IMG/VR virus record: IMGVR_UViG_3300011862_000001
Coordinates: 160,001 to 224,000 of that record
DNA length: 64,000 bases
Origin: a virus
Taxonomy: Duplodnaviria; Caudoviricetes
Direction: 5' to 3' (one strand)
Position 1 is the stretch's first letter. Each line of letters begins with the position of its first letter. Shown here piece by piece: positions 48,201-56,816 of this stretch. The translations under genes were made by a program, and so were the position numbers. Under the pieces are notes generated by a model, which was not told the DNA's origin, ran no database searches, and saw only the letters and a program-made list of their open reading frames with translations.

Positions 48201-48332
48201 CACCAGAGTGTGGGAGTAAAAAGGGCCTTGAGCCGGGACCAGCATACGGTATTTTGTACCGGTAACCGTCGCCGTCTCATTGAGGATTTTATTCCCCGGT
48301 TCGTTCTGATGTGGGTCAAAGACGACTGCCAT
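45279..48332 (-). CDS. large tail fibre-like virion protein (1017 aa)
   Basis: GPFY...LGNDY N-terminus; LANVENIADLNLPVS, HTH and ATTAKAGLVKF fibre motifs. Confidence 0.85.
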   Translation of the reverse strand: MAVVFDPHQNEPGNKILNETATVTGTKYRMLVPAQGPFYSHTLVVKSGTTELKLGNDYLITHPYMTAMSRTGRSAHGMVLVVNPAYTSGFTLSYHALGIGKATPAQISAERAANSDVFPSKCQWEQVIGELYFPPVDIQFDWDQWKAERELMQAIADLGAKLATPNGDNSDVLTLLKQYHAIVDKIYRDAPAHPHVADTANPHQDASYGRMRTVELNGIADDTTLVSGRNQANLTDYVNQRSAKASDFSDKMQRVGAAPRTITGTFTMIPGLASVTSAKGNESDGVGSSLQVDDKVIRLLSRDSTTINAGTNPITFKGGNNSLVLYPDNRGFQWNGKKLLDPTTVGPYIPGNEGGGSGVFYGVNSNSVTIVGSGIQTMPFICTYVPPDDSDLSTNAYRQLTNDFGNSESLAATPALIQKLANAFVGKLEMAKAYINGIPLLSSVTLGKSDINLANVENIADLNLPVSSLQNTEFRKYAQTTHTHTADAFGIGNATTAKAGLVKFGGPVDDATLALDGQYVLPQFDAVSQLEALVAHSDAEAVINIIRYGQSGSSPIDNLTTINGWMVTVKPNNYFLGQDYTVPVATFNLTELFPDKHEDTVIGVFVDLIDNAARYVLNANPAFGETDTLTRIGEIFTSETGIDQITIRNVTRLGEFRELEEHAANVNAHTPRQMTEAQYGFNFGRNGADWRGFPGHMVRGDSSWRMVKGESFVPITDVDYNPDSFLFAQKGSTVAAHKVLLNMGDYYATGGINVEFSLTSPVAASVLEVVLMSFVDRSGRRQRLSLLINRTNFITASDGSLCYAALAINYGTSRQYIIAINGTKYTTGWTWSALNPRVSFAMSRDANGAPYVTGTLTLTIGSSDVVHNFTLQLAGMPTFSVTGPVNQSVNITTYLSLTSTDISDVVSDPAWPIQHGVGGIMATNTVVKMSYANDGQFQSRYATGIALFNGISDVRRFRVIMGDAGVARSVDALQDKATNDDFASAVKRPAGIPDYLNKERAIVTRSGTTYRAVIIRE

Positions 48333-48362
48333 GATATACTCCTTCTGTCTGTGTCGTCGCGT

Positions 48363-48373
48363 TCATACTATGA
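48363..48373. promoter_or_regulatory. possible back-to-back late promoters (TATG on both strands)
   Basis: TCATA-C-TATGA inverted repeat in the short gap between divergent structural genes; TATG is the reported phiKZ late-promoter core. Confidence 0.4.
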
Positions 48374-48397
48374 CCTGAAACCTTAGAGGAACCGCTT

Positions 48398-49654
48398 GTG
48401 GACGCTATTTATCAAGTGCGGGCGGACAGCGCGTATGGCTACTCCCGAGACACCCGGACTTGGGGTCTCCTCGATGTGACACTGCCATTAAAAACGCTGT
48501 TTAACCAGTACCATCTGTTCGAAGTCGGGCTTGAATCGCTCGGCCAACTCTACACCTTAAACAGCCAATATTTTCAGGCCAGTTTACAAAACCGCAATGA
48601 GACATTACAAAGCTGGCTTAACAGCAAAGCCGGTGTCGCCTTAGCGGAGTTAAAGCCCGGCTTACCCACGCTTGAGTACAGCTACGCGCACTACCAGTCG
48701 CTCAATGCCAATATTGGACCCGAGGCGTACGTGTGCCCGCCGAACTATCACTACACCCAGGACTTCGCATTAGAAGACGCCCACGACGTGGTGGTGTTAG
48801 ACTCAGGCATTGGCGATACGCTGCGTAACAACGTGCTGTTTTGCAACAACGGTCAATGGGTAGCCCACCAGTCTGACCCGGCTGGGGTGCGCTTATTAGG
48901 CGCAGGCAATATCACCCGTCGCCGTGGCTATCTGGATATCGGCTGTCTGGTATTTAACGACATCGGTAGTGTCGCGACTTTCCCGATTAAAGACCTGACG
49001 CTTAGCAAGCTTGACACCAGCCGTGATTTCTACTCGACGTTGATGCTCACCTTGCCGGTCAGTATCACCGGGAAAACGGTGGCGTACGTGATTGGCGGGA
49101 TACTGCACTGGTTACGTCCAGAAGGTTATTTCAGTGACCGGGCGATTATGTTAAGCCTGCCGAACTTCAACGTGACGAAAACTGTCCTGGAAACCCGTGC
49201 CTATTACGACTGGGATGCCATTGGGGTCGGCGACTTGCATACGCCAACAGCGGTGGCGAAGCTTCGTAACTCAGAAACGTTTAAAGCGATGCTGCTGCAC
49301 GAGTCTTCCTTTATCGTGGTGATTGATAACCCGTATGTCGAGTTTGAGCACGTTGGGTTAAACCACGGTGCCTCGTACGGACGCTTTCATCTGCGTGACC
49401 CACGCGACCCCAGCGGCGAGAAACCCTTAGGCCCGCTGTTTAACGAGTTTGGTAAGTGCATCAGTTACTGGCCGACCTGGGAAGAAGGGGAGTGGACGTT
49501 CCACACCGATGAGATTACCCGACAGAAGTTTCTCTTTAGTAACGCCAAGTGGCAACAGCAAACACTGGTGAGTGACGCTCTCGATTACGCTGGCGCGTCG
49601 CCTTATCGGATGATTAACGCTGAGATGGTGCGTATCAAAGGGCGAAAAAAATAA
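48398..49654 (+). CDS. hypothetical protein, likely virion/baseplate
   Basis: 418-aa ORF, GAGGA RBS, located between fibre and spike genes. Confidence 0.75.
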   Translation: MDAIYQVRADSAYGYSRDTRTWGLLDVTLPLKTLFNQYHLFEVGLESLGQLYTLNSQYFQASLQNRNETLQSWLNSKAGVALAELKPGLPTLEYSYAHYQSLNANIGPEAYVCPPNYHYTQDFALEDAHDVVVLDSGIGDTLRNNVLFCNNGQWVAHQSDPAGVRLLGAGNITRRRGYLDIGCLVFNDIGSVATFPIKDLTLSKLDTSRDFYSTLMLTLPVSITGKTVAYVIGGILHWLRPEGYFSDRAIMLSLPNFNVTKTVLETRAYYDWDAIGVGDLHTPTAVAKLRNSETFKAMLLHESSFIVVIDNPYVEFEHVGLNHGASYGRFHLRDPRDPSGEKPLGPLFNEFGKCISYWPTWEEGEWTFHTDEITRQKFLFSNAKWQQQTLVSDALDYAGASPYRMINAEMVRIKGRKK

Positions 49655-49700
49655 GGTTTACCTACTCCCCAATCGGGGAGTAGGGCCTTACCTTTTTTTT
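49645..49700. terminator. bidirectional terminator (CTACT-stem family)
   Basis: CCTACTCCCC-AATC-GGGGAGTAGG flanked by A- and T-tracts between convergent genes. Confidence 0.85.
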
Positions 49701-49854
49701 GCAACGTTAATTTAAACCAGACGGTCTGTTGCAAGGGTAATGCTTCCAAACTTTTTTTGCGAGAAAAAGTGGCTGATGCTTGCGCACGACAGTTAAAGTT
49801 TTGTCGAGTATCGACATCAGTGACTCGAGGTCATATAAGGGGAACATCCTGTTT

Positions 49855-50802
49855 TTAGTGCGGAGGCGAGACATCGTTATAGTCACCCTGCTCTTTGTGA
49901 AGGTGCAAGCTGAACGTGATGCCTTTGATAATCGCTTCGGATACGGTAAACGTGCCTTTCCCTTCCCCGACACCCATATACGCGAAGTCTTTTCCGACGG
50001 TGAAGTTGCCGGTGTATAAGGACTTCGGTGAATCGGTAAGCCAGTCTGCGGTTTTGTATTTGACACTGGAGTCCGCTTGCACATCAAAAGTATCACACTT
50101 GCCTTTGAAGTGTTGGGTCTCAAAGTTAATCGAACGGGTCGAAAACAAGAAGATGTCTTCTTTATTCATGTTAATCTTTGAGAGCATCGCATTTTCAAAA
50201 CCGAGGTCGTACTCAGTCGAGTTCATCCAGAACATATTCCCGAGGTGGTCCCGACAGACCCAGGTGCCGTCACGGGTATTGAACTGGTGAATGTACGCTG
50301 CCTTCTCCCCGTTGCGCATCGAGGTACGCAAGGTAACGTGGCCATCGAGCGGTGAGTAGTTAACCACGTAGGCGTTAGACAAGTCATCGGCCATCTGATT
50401 GTGGGGATCGGCTGAGAAGGCAAAGATAGCGTCTTCCAGGCGCTTAACGTTGGCGGTGTTCAGGTCTACCCAGAAATAGATGTCGGTGTTGCCTAAGCGG
50501 TAGATAATCACCTGGTCTTCTTTCTTCACGTTCGGTGAGTTTACCCGGTTGGAGTTGAACTTCCACCACTTAGCAGTAATGCTATTGCCTTCTTTGACAG
50601 TGAGGTTGTCCTGCGAGTTTCCGGTCGCATGGTTCACTTCAGTGTCTCGTTCCTGCACCGCCACTTTGGTCGGTTGCATAAAGCTTACTTCAATAGGAAT
50701 GATTTTCACCCGATCGGTATTGCGTGCTTTATCCTCGGCCACAATACCCAGCGAGTAGAAATGCACTTGTGACTTTTCCACGTTGCCCTCCTCAGTTGTC
50801 AT
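49855..50802 (-). CDS. baseplate central spike-like protein (gpV/gp5-type)
   Basis: OB-fold-like N-terminus (GIVAEDK...RVKI...PNVKKEDQV), beta-strand repeat C-terminal half, terminal HLH (HxH metal-binding) motif. Confidence 0.7.
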   Translation of the reverse strand: MTTEEGNVEKSQVHFYSLGIVAEDKARNTDRVKIIPIEVSFMQPTKVAVQERDTEVNHATGNSQDNLTVKEGNSITAKWWKFNSNRVNSPNVKKEDQVIIYRLGNTDIYFWVDLNTANVKRLEDAIFAFSADPHNQMADDLSNAYVVNYSPLDGHVTLRTSMRNGEKAAYIHQFNTRDGTWVCRDHLGNMFWMNSTEYDLGFENAMLSKINMNKEDIFLFSTRSINFETQHFKGKCDTFDVQADSSVKYKTADWLTDSPKSLYTGNFTVGKDFAYMGVGEGKGTFTVSEAIIKGITFSLHLHKEQGDYNDVSPPH

Positions 50803-50998
50803 ATTACTTCTTTTTTACGGATCGATCCTATCCTTTTGCTTGAAGGGAACTTCAGGGGGTAGGGGGATCTGTGTACGCTGTGAGCGGATCAGCGGAGGAG
50901 GAACGGAGTGACTCCGACATCCTTTATTCTTTTCTCTGTTGACCTAGGTTTTTAACAATAGCCCTTAGGACCTTCGGGTCCTCTAGGATTAAATATTT

Positions 50999-51040
50999 TT
51001 TCAGATATATATTACCTAGGTGAGATTGCGTTGGTAATCT
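50999..51040 (+). promoter_or_regulatory. putative early promoter
   Basis: TTTCAGATATATATTACCTAGGTGAGA, nearly identical to 9510; AGATTGC-GTTG-GTAATCT hairpin follows. Confidence 0.7.
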
Positions 51041-51078
51041 TTTAACCTCTTACTTTATTGACCATCAAGGAGTAGTAC

Positions 51079-51726
51079 ATGTTACCGATTATTGCAGCAG
51101 CACTCGAGAAAACCATTGCCACCGGCGAAGAAATCTTTCTGGTGAATGCGCTGATTCATGCCGTGGGTGAACAGACCGGCTCTATTGTCTTTACCCAATC
51201 TCTGGTCGGGTTGGACTACGACCCGGTAGACGGTACGGTTGAGGTACCGACGATTTATCCGGGCGGGGCAACCGAATCGTGGGCAACTTTCAAAGCGAAC
51301 ATCATGGAGACGATAGAGCATGTGTTAGTGGGTTTGGGGTACGGTGCCGCAGACGTCACCTTCGCGATGGGAGCGACTGACTGCGACGGCAGAACGCCAC
51401 ATGTCTACACGCAAGAGGTGGTAAACCCAACCCACTACGGCATTCGTCTCAATATCCAAACCCCGGTGTCGACGCTCGTTGGTTTCCACCTCGACTTGGC
51501 GGTACTGGAAGGGCGTTACGTCTCAGTCGCCGCTGACTTACTGCCGAAGCCAACCGGGTGCACCGAAGATGAACCGGCGGTGTTGATGCGTAAGCACGAG
51601 ATTGCCGCACTGGTCTATCCGGCAGAGGTCGATGTGGATGCGCTGGAATCGGTCTCTATTGCCGCACTGGCCATTGGCTGGTCGGACACGGAAAGCTACA
51701 GCAAAACCTTACTGCTGCTTGCTTAA
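51079..51726 (+). CDS. hypothetical early protein
   Basis: AAGGAG RBS; promoter upstream, terminator downstream. Confidence 0.85.
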   Translation: MLPIIAAALEKTIATGEEIFLVNALIHAVGEQTGSIVFTQSLVGLDYDPVDGTVEVPTIYPGGATESWATFKANIMETIEHVLVGLGYGAADVTFAMGATDCDGRTPHVYTQEVVNPTHYGIRLNIQTPVSTLVGFHLDLAVLEGRYVSVAADLLPKPTGCTEDEPAVLMRKHEIAALVYPAEVDVDALESVSIAALAIGWSDTESYSKTLLLLA

Positions 51727-51733
51727 ACACAAC

Positions 51734-51761
51734 GGCCCCTAGGTTGGGGCCTTTTTCTTTT
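51734..51761 (+). terminator. intrinsic terminator
   Basis: GGCCCC-TAGGTT-GGGGCC plus T-tract. Confidence 0.75.
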
Positions 51762-51776
51762 ACTCAGGAACCTGCA

Positions 51777-52328
51777 ATGTTAATTCACAAAATGACCGCT
51801 GTGGATGTGGTGAACACCTACATCCCGACTGTACCGGTGTTGTTCGAGACGGTGAACAAATATCCGGATCAAGACTTCGTGGTGTTTGAAGAAGACAACG
51901 TGCCGAAACTCGTGTGCCTGTATCGCAGTCACGACGTACTGGGAAAGACCATGCACATCCTGACGGGGGTGGCCCATCTGACCTACGACTTAGAGCTCAG
52001 GACAATGCGCAGTTTCCGTGACCGCTACGGGAAGAAGACCGACCTCGTGGCGTATGATTTACCCCAGCAAGTCCACATTGACGAGGTTGAACCCAACGTG
52101 CTGGTCTATACGGCTTCTGAGGTACCGCCGGACGCCATCTTTAAAGGGGTGGAGCTCGACGACTCAGATGACACTATCGGCACGCGTGAGCTGACCGAGA
52201 TGATTCAGCAAGCACCGGGGGTGAGTTTCAGTCTTGGTTATCGCAATCCGGCCAAACAAGCAAGCGTTGCGCGCTTCTTAGCCGAAACCCATAATTACCA
52301 AATGAGCCGCCGCATCTACATCCTGTAA
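51777..52328 (+). CDS. hypothetical protein
   Basis: AGGA RBS before ATG 51777. Confidence 0.8.
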   Translation: MLIHKMTAVDVVNTYIPTVPVLFETVNKYPDQDFVVFEEDNVPKLVCLYRSHDVLGKTMHILTGVAHLTYDLELRTMRSFRDRYGKKTDLVAYDLPQQVHIDEVEPNVLVYTASEVPPDAIFKGVELDDSDDTIGTRELTEMIQQAPGVSFSLGYRNPAKQASVARFLAETHNYQMSRRIYIL

Positions 52329-52338
52329 GGAGTTTACC

Positions 52339-52875
52339 ATGCAATACCAAGGTTATATTGTTGCGACTGATAAGCAGAAAGCTTGTCCGGTCATTGTCTT
52401 AAAACGTGCCAGTGCATTGGAATTAGCGGACGTACTGCAAAGCCACACGTTGATTCCGGTCACCGTGGCCATTGGCAATCCGTTTATTAATCGCCCGGAA
52501 GACCCGTTCTTCGAGCCAGCGGTGTTACGCACACTCGGTTGGGACGATATGGAAATCCGTCGTCGTTTGGTCGATAACCCAGCGATGTGTGAGCAAATCA
52601 CCAACACCAACTTCTGGGCGGATGTGATTGCGCACATTGAAGACCCGAATTACGGGCTGGGCGATTTATTTGAGCAAGACCGTGAAAGCTTTATGCAATT
52701 ACCGGTCAACACTGAGCTGTTCTTCAGTTTCCCCGCAAACGTTGACTCAGTACAAGCCCAGCATTACGACGGGGTAATAACCAAAGGCATGGCCGCCTGT
52801 CGTGATAGTACGCTGGTAATCAGTTTTCGTCCCGACGAAATCCATTACGGTAGTGAAGAACACCTGCCACTTTAA
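52339..52875 (+). CDS. hypothetical protein
   Basis: AAGGAG RBS, 178 aa. Confidence 0.85.
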   Translation: MQYQGYIVATDKQKACPVIVLKRASALELADVLQSHTLIPVTVAIGNPFINRPEDPFFEPAVLRTLGWDDMEIRRRLVDNPAMCEQITNTNFWADVIAHIEDPNYGLGDLFEQDRESFMQLPVNTELFFSFPANVDSVQAQHYDGVITKGMAACRDSTLVISFRPDEIHYGSEEHLPL

Positions 52876-52948
52876 TCGACAGAGGGGCGCATAGACGCCC
52901 CCTTTCTCATTTTTTACGCGACTAATCATTCATTGTAGGAGTATCCCT

Positions 52949-53524
52949 ATGTTGCTTTTCCAGAAATATTTCAGCGTCTCTGAGCTCGAACGTCTTCACA
53001 AAGAAGACCTGTTACCACGTGGTGATATACTGGCAACTGCCCGGCGCTATATGGACCACCCGAACAGTGTGCTTTTATTAGTACGCGATGAATCGAGCTG
53101 GGAAATCCGTGGTGTGTTTGTGGATTTACCGGAAGCAGAATTTCCGGCACACCGGCGTATCTATTGCATTTACGCAGGTATCGACGGTCTGCCTGTCAAA
53201 CACTTCGTCGAGTATCTGCGTGCCAGTCATTTTGCAATGGCTGAGCTACACTTACCCGCGACCTGTTTGTTAGAGGACGAGGCGTTTAGCTGGACCGTGA
53301 TGCGCCACCATCGCCAAGCGGTCGGTGTGTTAAAAGCGGTGCAGTTAGTCGATGGCGATACGCTGCCACAGAAGCTGCGCAAAATTAAGAACAGTGACGA
53401 TGTGACAAAAATGGAAATCCATATTGCCACACCTCTGCGCTTAAAAGAACGCGATATCACCCGTGAGCTGAACGCGCTCGGCTTTGCTACCCGCAAATAC
53501 ATTTATCACCTCGTCCCGCAGTAG
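52949..53524 (+). CDS. hypothetical protein
   Basis: AGGAG RBS, 191 aa. Confidence 0.85.
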   Translation: MLLFQKYFSVSELERLHKEDLLPRGDILATARRYMDHPNSVLLLVRDESSWEIRGVFVDLPEAEFPAHRRIYCIYAGIDGLPVKHFVEYLRASHFAMAELHLPATCLLEDEAFSWTVMRHHRQAVGVLKAVQLVDGDTLPQKLRKIKNSDDVTKMEIHIATPLRLKERDITRELNALGFATRKYIYHLVPQ

Positions 53525-53534
53525 AAAAAAATAT

Positions 53535-53572
53535 AGATATATATTACCCATGTGGAGTTAGGCAATTACTCC
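53535..53572 (+). promoter_or_regulatory. putative early promoter
   Basis: AGATATATATTAC followed by a GGAGT...ACTCC hairpin. Confidence 0.7.
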
Positions 53573-53603
53573 CGACCATCATCAATTTATTAAGGATTAC
53601 ATC

Positions 53604-54053
53604 ATGGCGCGCAGTGTCGAAATGAATACCGTACTGGATACCCTTAACCATCGTAGCGAAATCATCGGTCATCTGAAAACCCACCGTCCGCAATTGCTGG
53701 CGCTGTTTTCAAACGTGCTTACCCAGACCGATAATGCCGCAGCAGGTAAAACACACACCTTCGCCCCGGGTGTGCTGGAGGCGTTACCGTCGCGTGCTAA
53801 AATGCATTTCATGCGTGATTTCTGCGAATGGGCTGAGCGCTTCTCAGAAGAGATTATCGGCGGCGGTGCTATAGAGTTGTCGCATCGTGTGCAGGTGATA
53901 CCGGGTGTCGAGCAAACCACGTTTGTGGTGTACGACCGCGAGACCACGTACCACATCCAGTACACGATTACCTTTGACGATCTGGTACCGTACCTGCGTG
54001 GCGGCCTGGACTGGCATCCAGACAGTCGTACGTTCTTCGTTCCACGTTCCTGA
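53604..54053 (+). CDS. hypothetical early protein
   Basis: AAGGA RBS; promoter upstream, TTCG hairpin downstream. Confidence 0.85.
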   Translation: MARSVEMNTVLDTLNHRSEIIGHLKTHRPQLLALFSNVLTQTDNAAAGKTHTFAPGVLEALPSRAKMHFMRDFCEWAERFSEEIIGGGAIELSHRVQVIPGVEQTTFVVYDRETTYHIQYTITFDDLVPYLRGGLDWHPDSRTFFVPRS

Positions 54054-54060
54054 CGTGATC

Positions 54061-54089
54061 GGCGGCCTTCGGGTCGCCGCTTTATTTTC
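54061..54089 (+). terminator. intrinsic terminator
   Basis: GGCGGCC-TTCG-GGTCGCC plus T-rich tail. Confidence 0.7.
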
Positions 54090-54105
54090 AACCCCGGAGA
54101 CCATC

Positions 54106-54345
54106 ATGGAAGTCATTGCGGTAAACGCCCAGTACCAAGTTATTCAGCGTTACCGTATCATCACATGCAGCGAAATGCTAGGCGATGTGTATGAAGTCCT
54201 GTTGTATACGGACGGTGTCGTGGGGATGCTGGGTCGTTCAGCATCACATCGTCCGTTGTGCTGTTCTTTGCTCATTACTGAGCTCACTCCACCGTTTAAC
54301 ACACGTCGATTGCATGTGCAATACGGTCGCTATACATTTGATTAG
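54106..54345 (+). CDS. small hypothetical protein (79 aa)
   Basis: GGAG RBS before ATG 54106, in the frame of the 53905 ORF. Confidence 0.65.
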   Translation: MEVIAVNAQYQVIQRYRIITCSEMLGDVYEVLLYTDGVVGMLGRSASHRPLCCSLLITELTPPFNTRRLHVQYGRYTFD

Positions 54346-54357
54346 AGTATAACAAAA

Positions 54358-54735
54358 ATGCGTAAACTTTTAGCAGTGATTGCCGTTAGTTGTTTTAGCC
54401 TGGCCGGCGGATTAACCGTGGCCGACAGTCGTCCCAAAACCTTAAGCGATTTCCAGCCTGTCGCCAACACCTACCCGGTGTCGCCTGACGAGCAGGAAGT
54501 GATGTTGCGTGAACAGTATGACTTCTATGTCTTTAAGCTGGTCAACCGCACAGGCAAATGTTTGGGCATTGCGTTGGCTAACGGCAAGACTCGCTATTAC
54601 CAACGCCTGGACGATATCGGTTGCGACCCGGATGTCGACCATGTCAGCTTAACGCCATCGGAACTCGATGGGTACATTACCATTAACTTCTACCACCAAA
54701 CGATTAACACCGGTCGCATGACCGTCCATCAATAA
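54358..54735 (+). CDS. secreted/periplasmic protein 1
   Basis: Signal peptide MRKLLAVIAVSCFSLAGGLTVA; Cys pair. Confidence 0.75.
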   Translation: MRKLLAVIAVSCFSLAGGLTVADSRPKTLSDFQPVANTYPVSPDEQEVMLREQYDFYVFKLVNRTGKCLGIALANGKTRYYQRLDDIGCDPDVDHVSLTPSELDGYITINFYHQTINTGRMTVHQ

Positions 54736-54745
54736 GGATTTTCTC

Positions 54746-55147
54746 ATGAAACGTTTTCTCGTTGCAGCAAGCTTTGCGCTGACCACCCTCGTGTCGTTTA
54801 CCGCTGCGGCGGTAGACGTTTTCATGCCCAACCATATCGTCGATCGCGACGACGGGGAATCAGACTATTGGTGCCAGCCGAGTGACTTAGGTTCCTCGAT
54901 GTGCACCATGGTGGCCGCCTCGGATGATGGCGAATACGTACTGATTAAAGACTCTCCCGGCTATGCGTGTGCAGACAACACGTTTGGTGTGATTAACACC
55001 AACGAAGGCACCGGCATGAATGTGGACTATGCCGGGGGTGAGTGTAAGGGCGATATTAATGCCCGGTTCGTACGCAATGAAAACCATCAACTGTATGTGC
55101 AGATTTACAACGGCAAGCATATCCTCGGTAACTACCCCGTTCATTGA
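54746..55147 (+). CDS. secreted/periplasmic protein 2
   Basis: Signal peptide MKRFLVAASFALTTLVSFTAAA; four Cys. Confidence 0.8.
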   Translation: MKRFLVAASFALTTLVSFTAAAVDVFMPNHIVDRDDGESDYWCQPSDLGSSMCTMVAASDDGEYVLIKDSPGYACADNTFGVINTNEGTGMNVDYAGGECKGDINARFVRNENHQLYVQIYNGKHILGNYPVH

Positions 55148-55159
55148 TAAGGAGATTTC

Positions 55160-55537
55160 ATGAAGCGTTATCTGTTTGCAACATTGCTGTTTTCCGGCCT
55201 GGCTATGGCCCACACCAGCGTCGAAGACCTGACGTTGAAAAGCGTGGTAGATGGGCGTTACAACCCACCTACCTTTGACGTGTGTACCTCAGCTACGTCT
55301 GATTGTCGCGAAGTCGCAACCAAGGATGAGTTTATCCTGGTGCAAAAACCGGGAGACGCTGCCTGTCCGGCCGGTTACTATTTCCTGCTCAACAGCAAAG
55401 AAGGGGTCGTGGATGATGTCAATACCGCGACCTGTGACCCCAGCTTAAAGCTCGGTTTCGCCAAAGACGCCCGCGAGCTCGTAATCACTTTGTTTAATCA
55501 GCACATCGGTCGGCTACCGCTTGACCCGGTGAACTAA
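55160..55537 (+). CDS. secreted/periplasmic protein 3
   Basis: Signal peptide MKRYLFATLLFSGLAMA; four Cys spaced as in 54746..55147. Confidence 0.8.
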   Translation: MKRYLFATLLFSGLAMAHTSVEDLTLKSVVDGRYNPPTFDVCTSATSDCREVATKDEFILVQKPGDAACPAGYYFLLNSKEGVVDDVNTATCDPSLKLGFAKDARELVITLFNQHIGRLPLDPVN

Positions 55538-55620
55538 TGTCTTTACCTTGGCCCTGTACGAGAGTGTCCCAGCGATTGGGTACAGGGTCCTTTTTCATCG
55601 ACTATCTAGGAGTATGGATT

Positions 55621-56160
55621 GTGAATATTTTTGCTACCCTGAATTGCGCCCGTAAGTATTTTGAAGTAATGGTTGCCTACAACATCGACCGTTTCCGTTT
55701 ACAGTCAATGCTCAGTACCGCCCATAAACTGCTACGAGCAAAACGGGCTATTGACCAGCAGTCGAGCGTGGAAGAGCTGCAAGCGCAGATCGCCACTATC
55801 AGCGACTATTGGTTCTATAAGACAGCACACAGTCCGTTGTTCGCCCAGCACGAAGAAGACTTCCAATTCGTGCGGGACTGGGCTGAGAAGCATCAGCTGA
55901 GTTTTAATACCAGCGAAGCAAGCTTTGGCACCGACCCGATGTGTCGCCACATGCTGGTATTAAGTCCTTACACCGGGGGTCATGAAGTGTTTGACCTGGA
56001 AACCGGTAAAAGTTTTGCTATTCACACACTGCCGGTGCGTGAGCCGTCGCCTGCGAGCGCCGTGTCCATCGACGGTGTCAGTGTTCCTTTATACAATTTT
56101 ACTCGTCGTGAGTGTGATGCGAGCGTGGGTGGCCTGATTAGCCACACCGTTTCGCGTTAG
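55621..56160 (+). CDS. hypothetical protein
   Basis: AGGAG RBS before GTG 55621; the longer called start would run through a hairpin at about 55550-55595. Confidence 0.75.
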   Translation: MNIFATLNCARKYFEVMVAYNIDRFRLQSMLSTAHKLLRAKRAIDQQSSVEELQAQIATISDYWFYKTAHSPLFAQHEEDFQFVRDWAEKHQLSFNTSEASFGTDPMCRHMLVLSPYTGGHEVFDLETGKSFAIHTLPVREPSPASAVSIDGVSVPLYNFTRRECDASVGGLISHTVSR

Positions 56161-56166
56161 TCGCCA

Positions 56167-56199
56167 GGGGTGGGAAGCGATTGCCCACCCCTTTTTTTT
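56167..56199 (+). terminator. intrinsic terminator
   Basis: GGGGTGGG...CCCACCCC plus T-tract. Confidence 0.75.
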
Positions 56200-56215
56200 A
56201 TCCCAAGGAGTTCGC

Positions 56216-56809
56216 ATGTCCATTTATGATAATCAGCTGATTAACACCCTGCACCGTTTACGCGCCTGGGAACGCACGCAAGCAGGTAACAGCTTTGCGC
56301 TGACCTGTACGCAGTCTACGTTTGCAAAGTTTCTTGCCCATCCGGCGTTAGGTCCGTATCTGCAAGCGGAGTTTCCTAAAGCGCTCGCGCACCTACAAGC
56401 GTATCTGGCACAGCCTGAGGAGACCCGTGACCCACGCCTTGACCCGTTCCGCCTGGAAGACCGTACTGGGGGTGAGAAGCGTACCCTGCTGCTGTATGCG
56501 AACGAAGAGGGTCATTTCTGCGAAGTGGTTAACTGGGAAGACGAATCTCGCGATACCTTCGCGCTGGGTAAACTCGCCGTCACTGAACCGCGTCGTGCAC
56601 CGGGGTCTATCTATAACTTTGCTACCCCGCACAGTGCGTACCTGGAAATGCTGATTTTGTGTGACACGGTACCTACCTACCGCCACGATTTGTGCATCTG
56701 GTTAGCCGAACATTTGTATCAGGCCGTCTCCAGTGAAGAGGGCCGTGACTTTGGGAAGTCGTTAGAAATGCTCGACCGCCAACGGGCGATGCTCGAGCAG
56801 GAAGCGTAG
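56216..56809 (+). CDS. hypothetical protein
   Basis: AAGGAG RBS, 197 aa. Confidence 0.85.
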   Translation: MSIYDNQLINTLHRLRAWERTQAGNSFALTCTQSTFAKFLAHPALGPYLQAEFPKALAHLQAYLAQPEETRDPRLDPFRLEDRTGGEKRTLLLYANEEGHFCEVVNWEDESRDTFALGKLAVTEPRRAPGSIYNFATPHSAYLEMLILCDTVPTYRHDLCIWLAEHLYQAVSSEEGRDFGKSLEMLDRQRAMLEQEA

Positions 56810-56816
56810 CTATATC

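Noticed and set aside
49707-50290. Alternative ORFs overlapping the spike gene, and most other short opposite-strand ORFs in the track
   Set aside because: They overlap well-supported genes and lack RBSs or recognisable motifs.
51777-53524. Possible degenerate GNAT-like folds in 51777..52328 and 52949..53524
   Set aside because: Only a vague strand pattern; no acetyl-CoA-binding motif.
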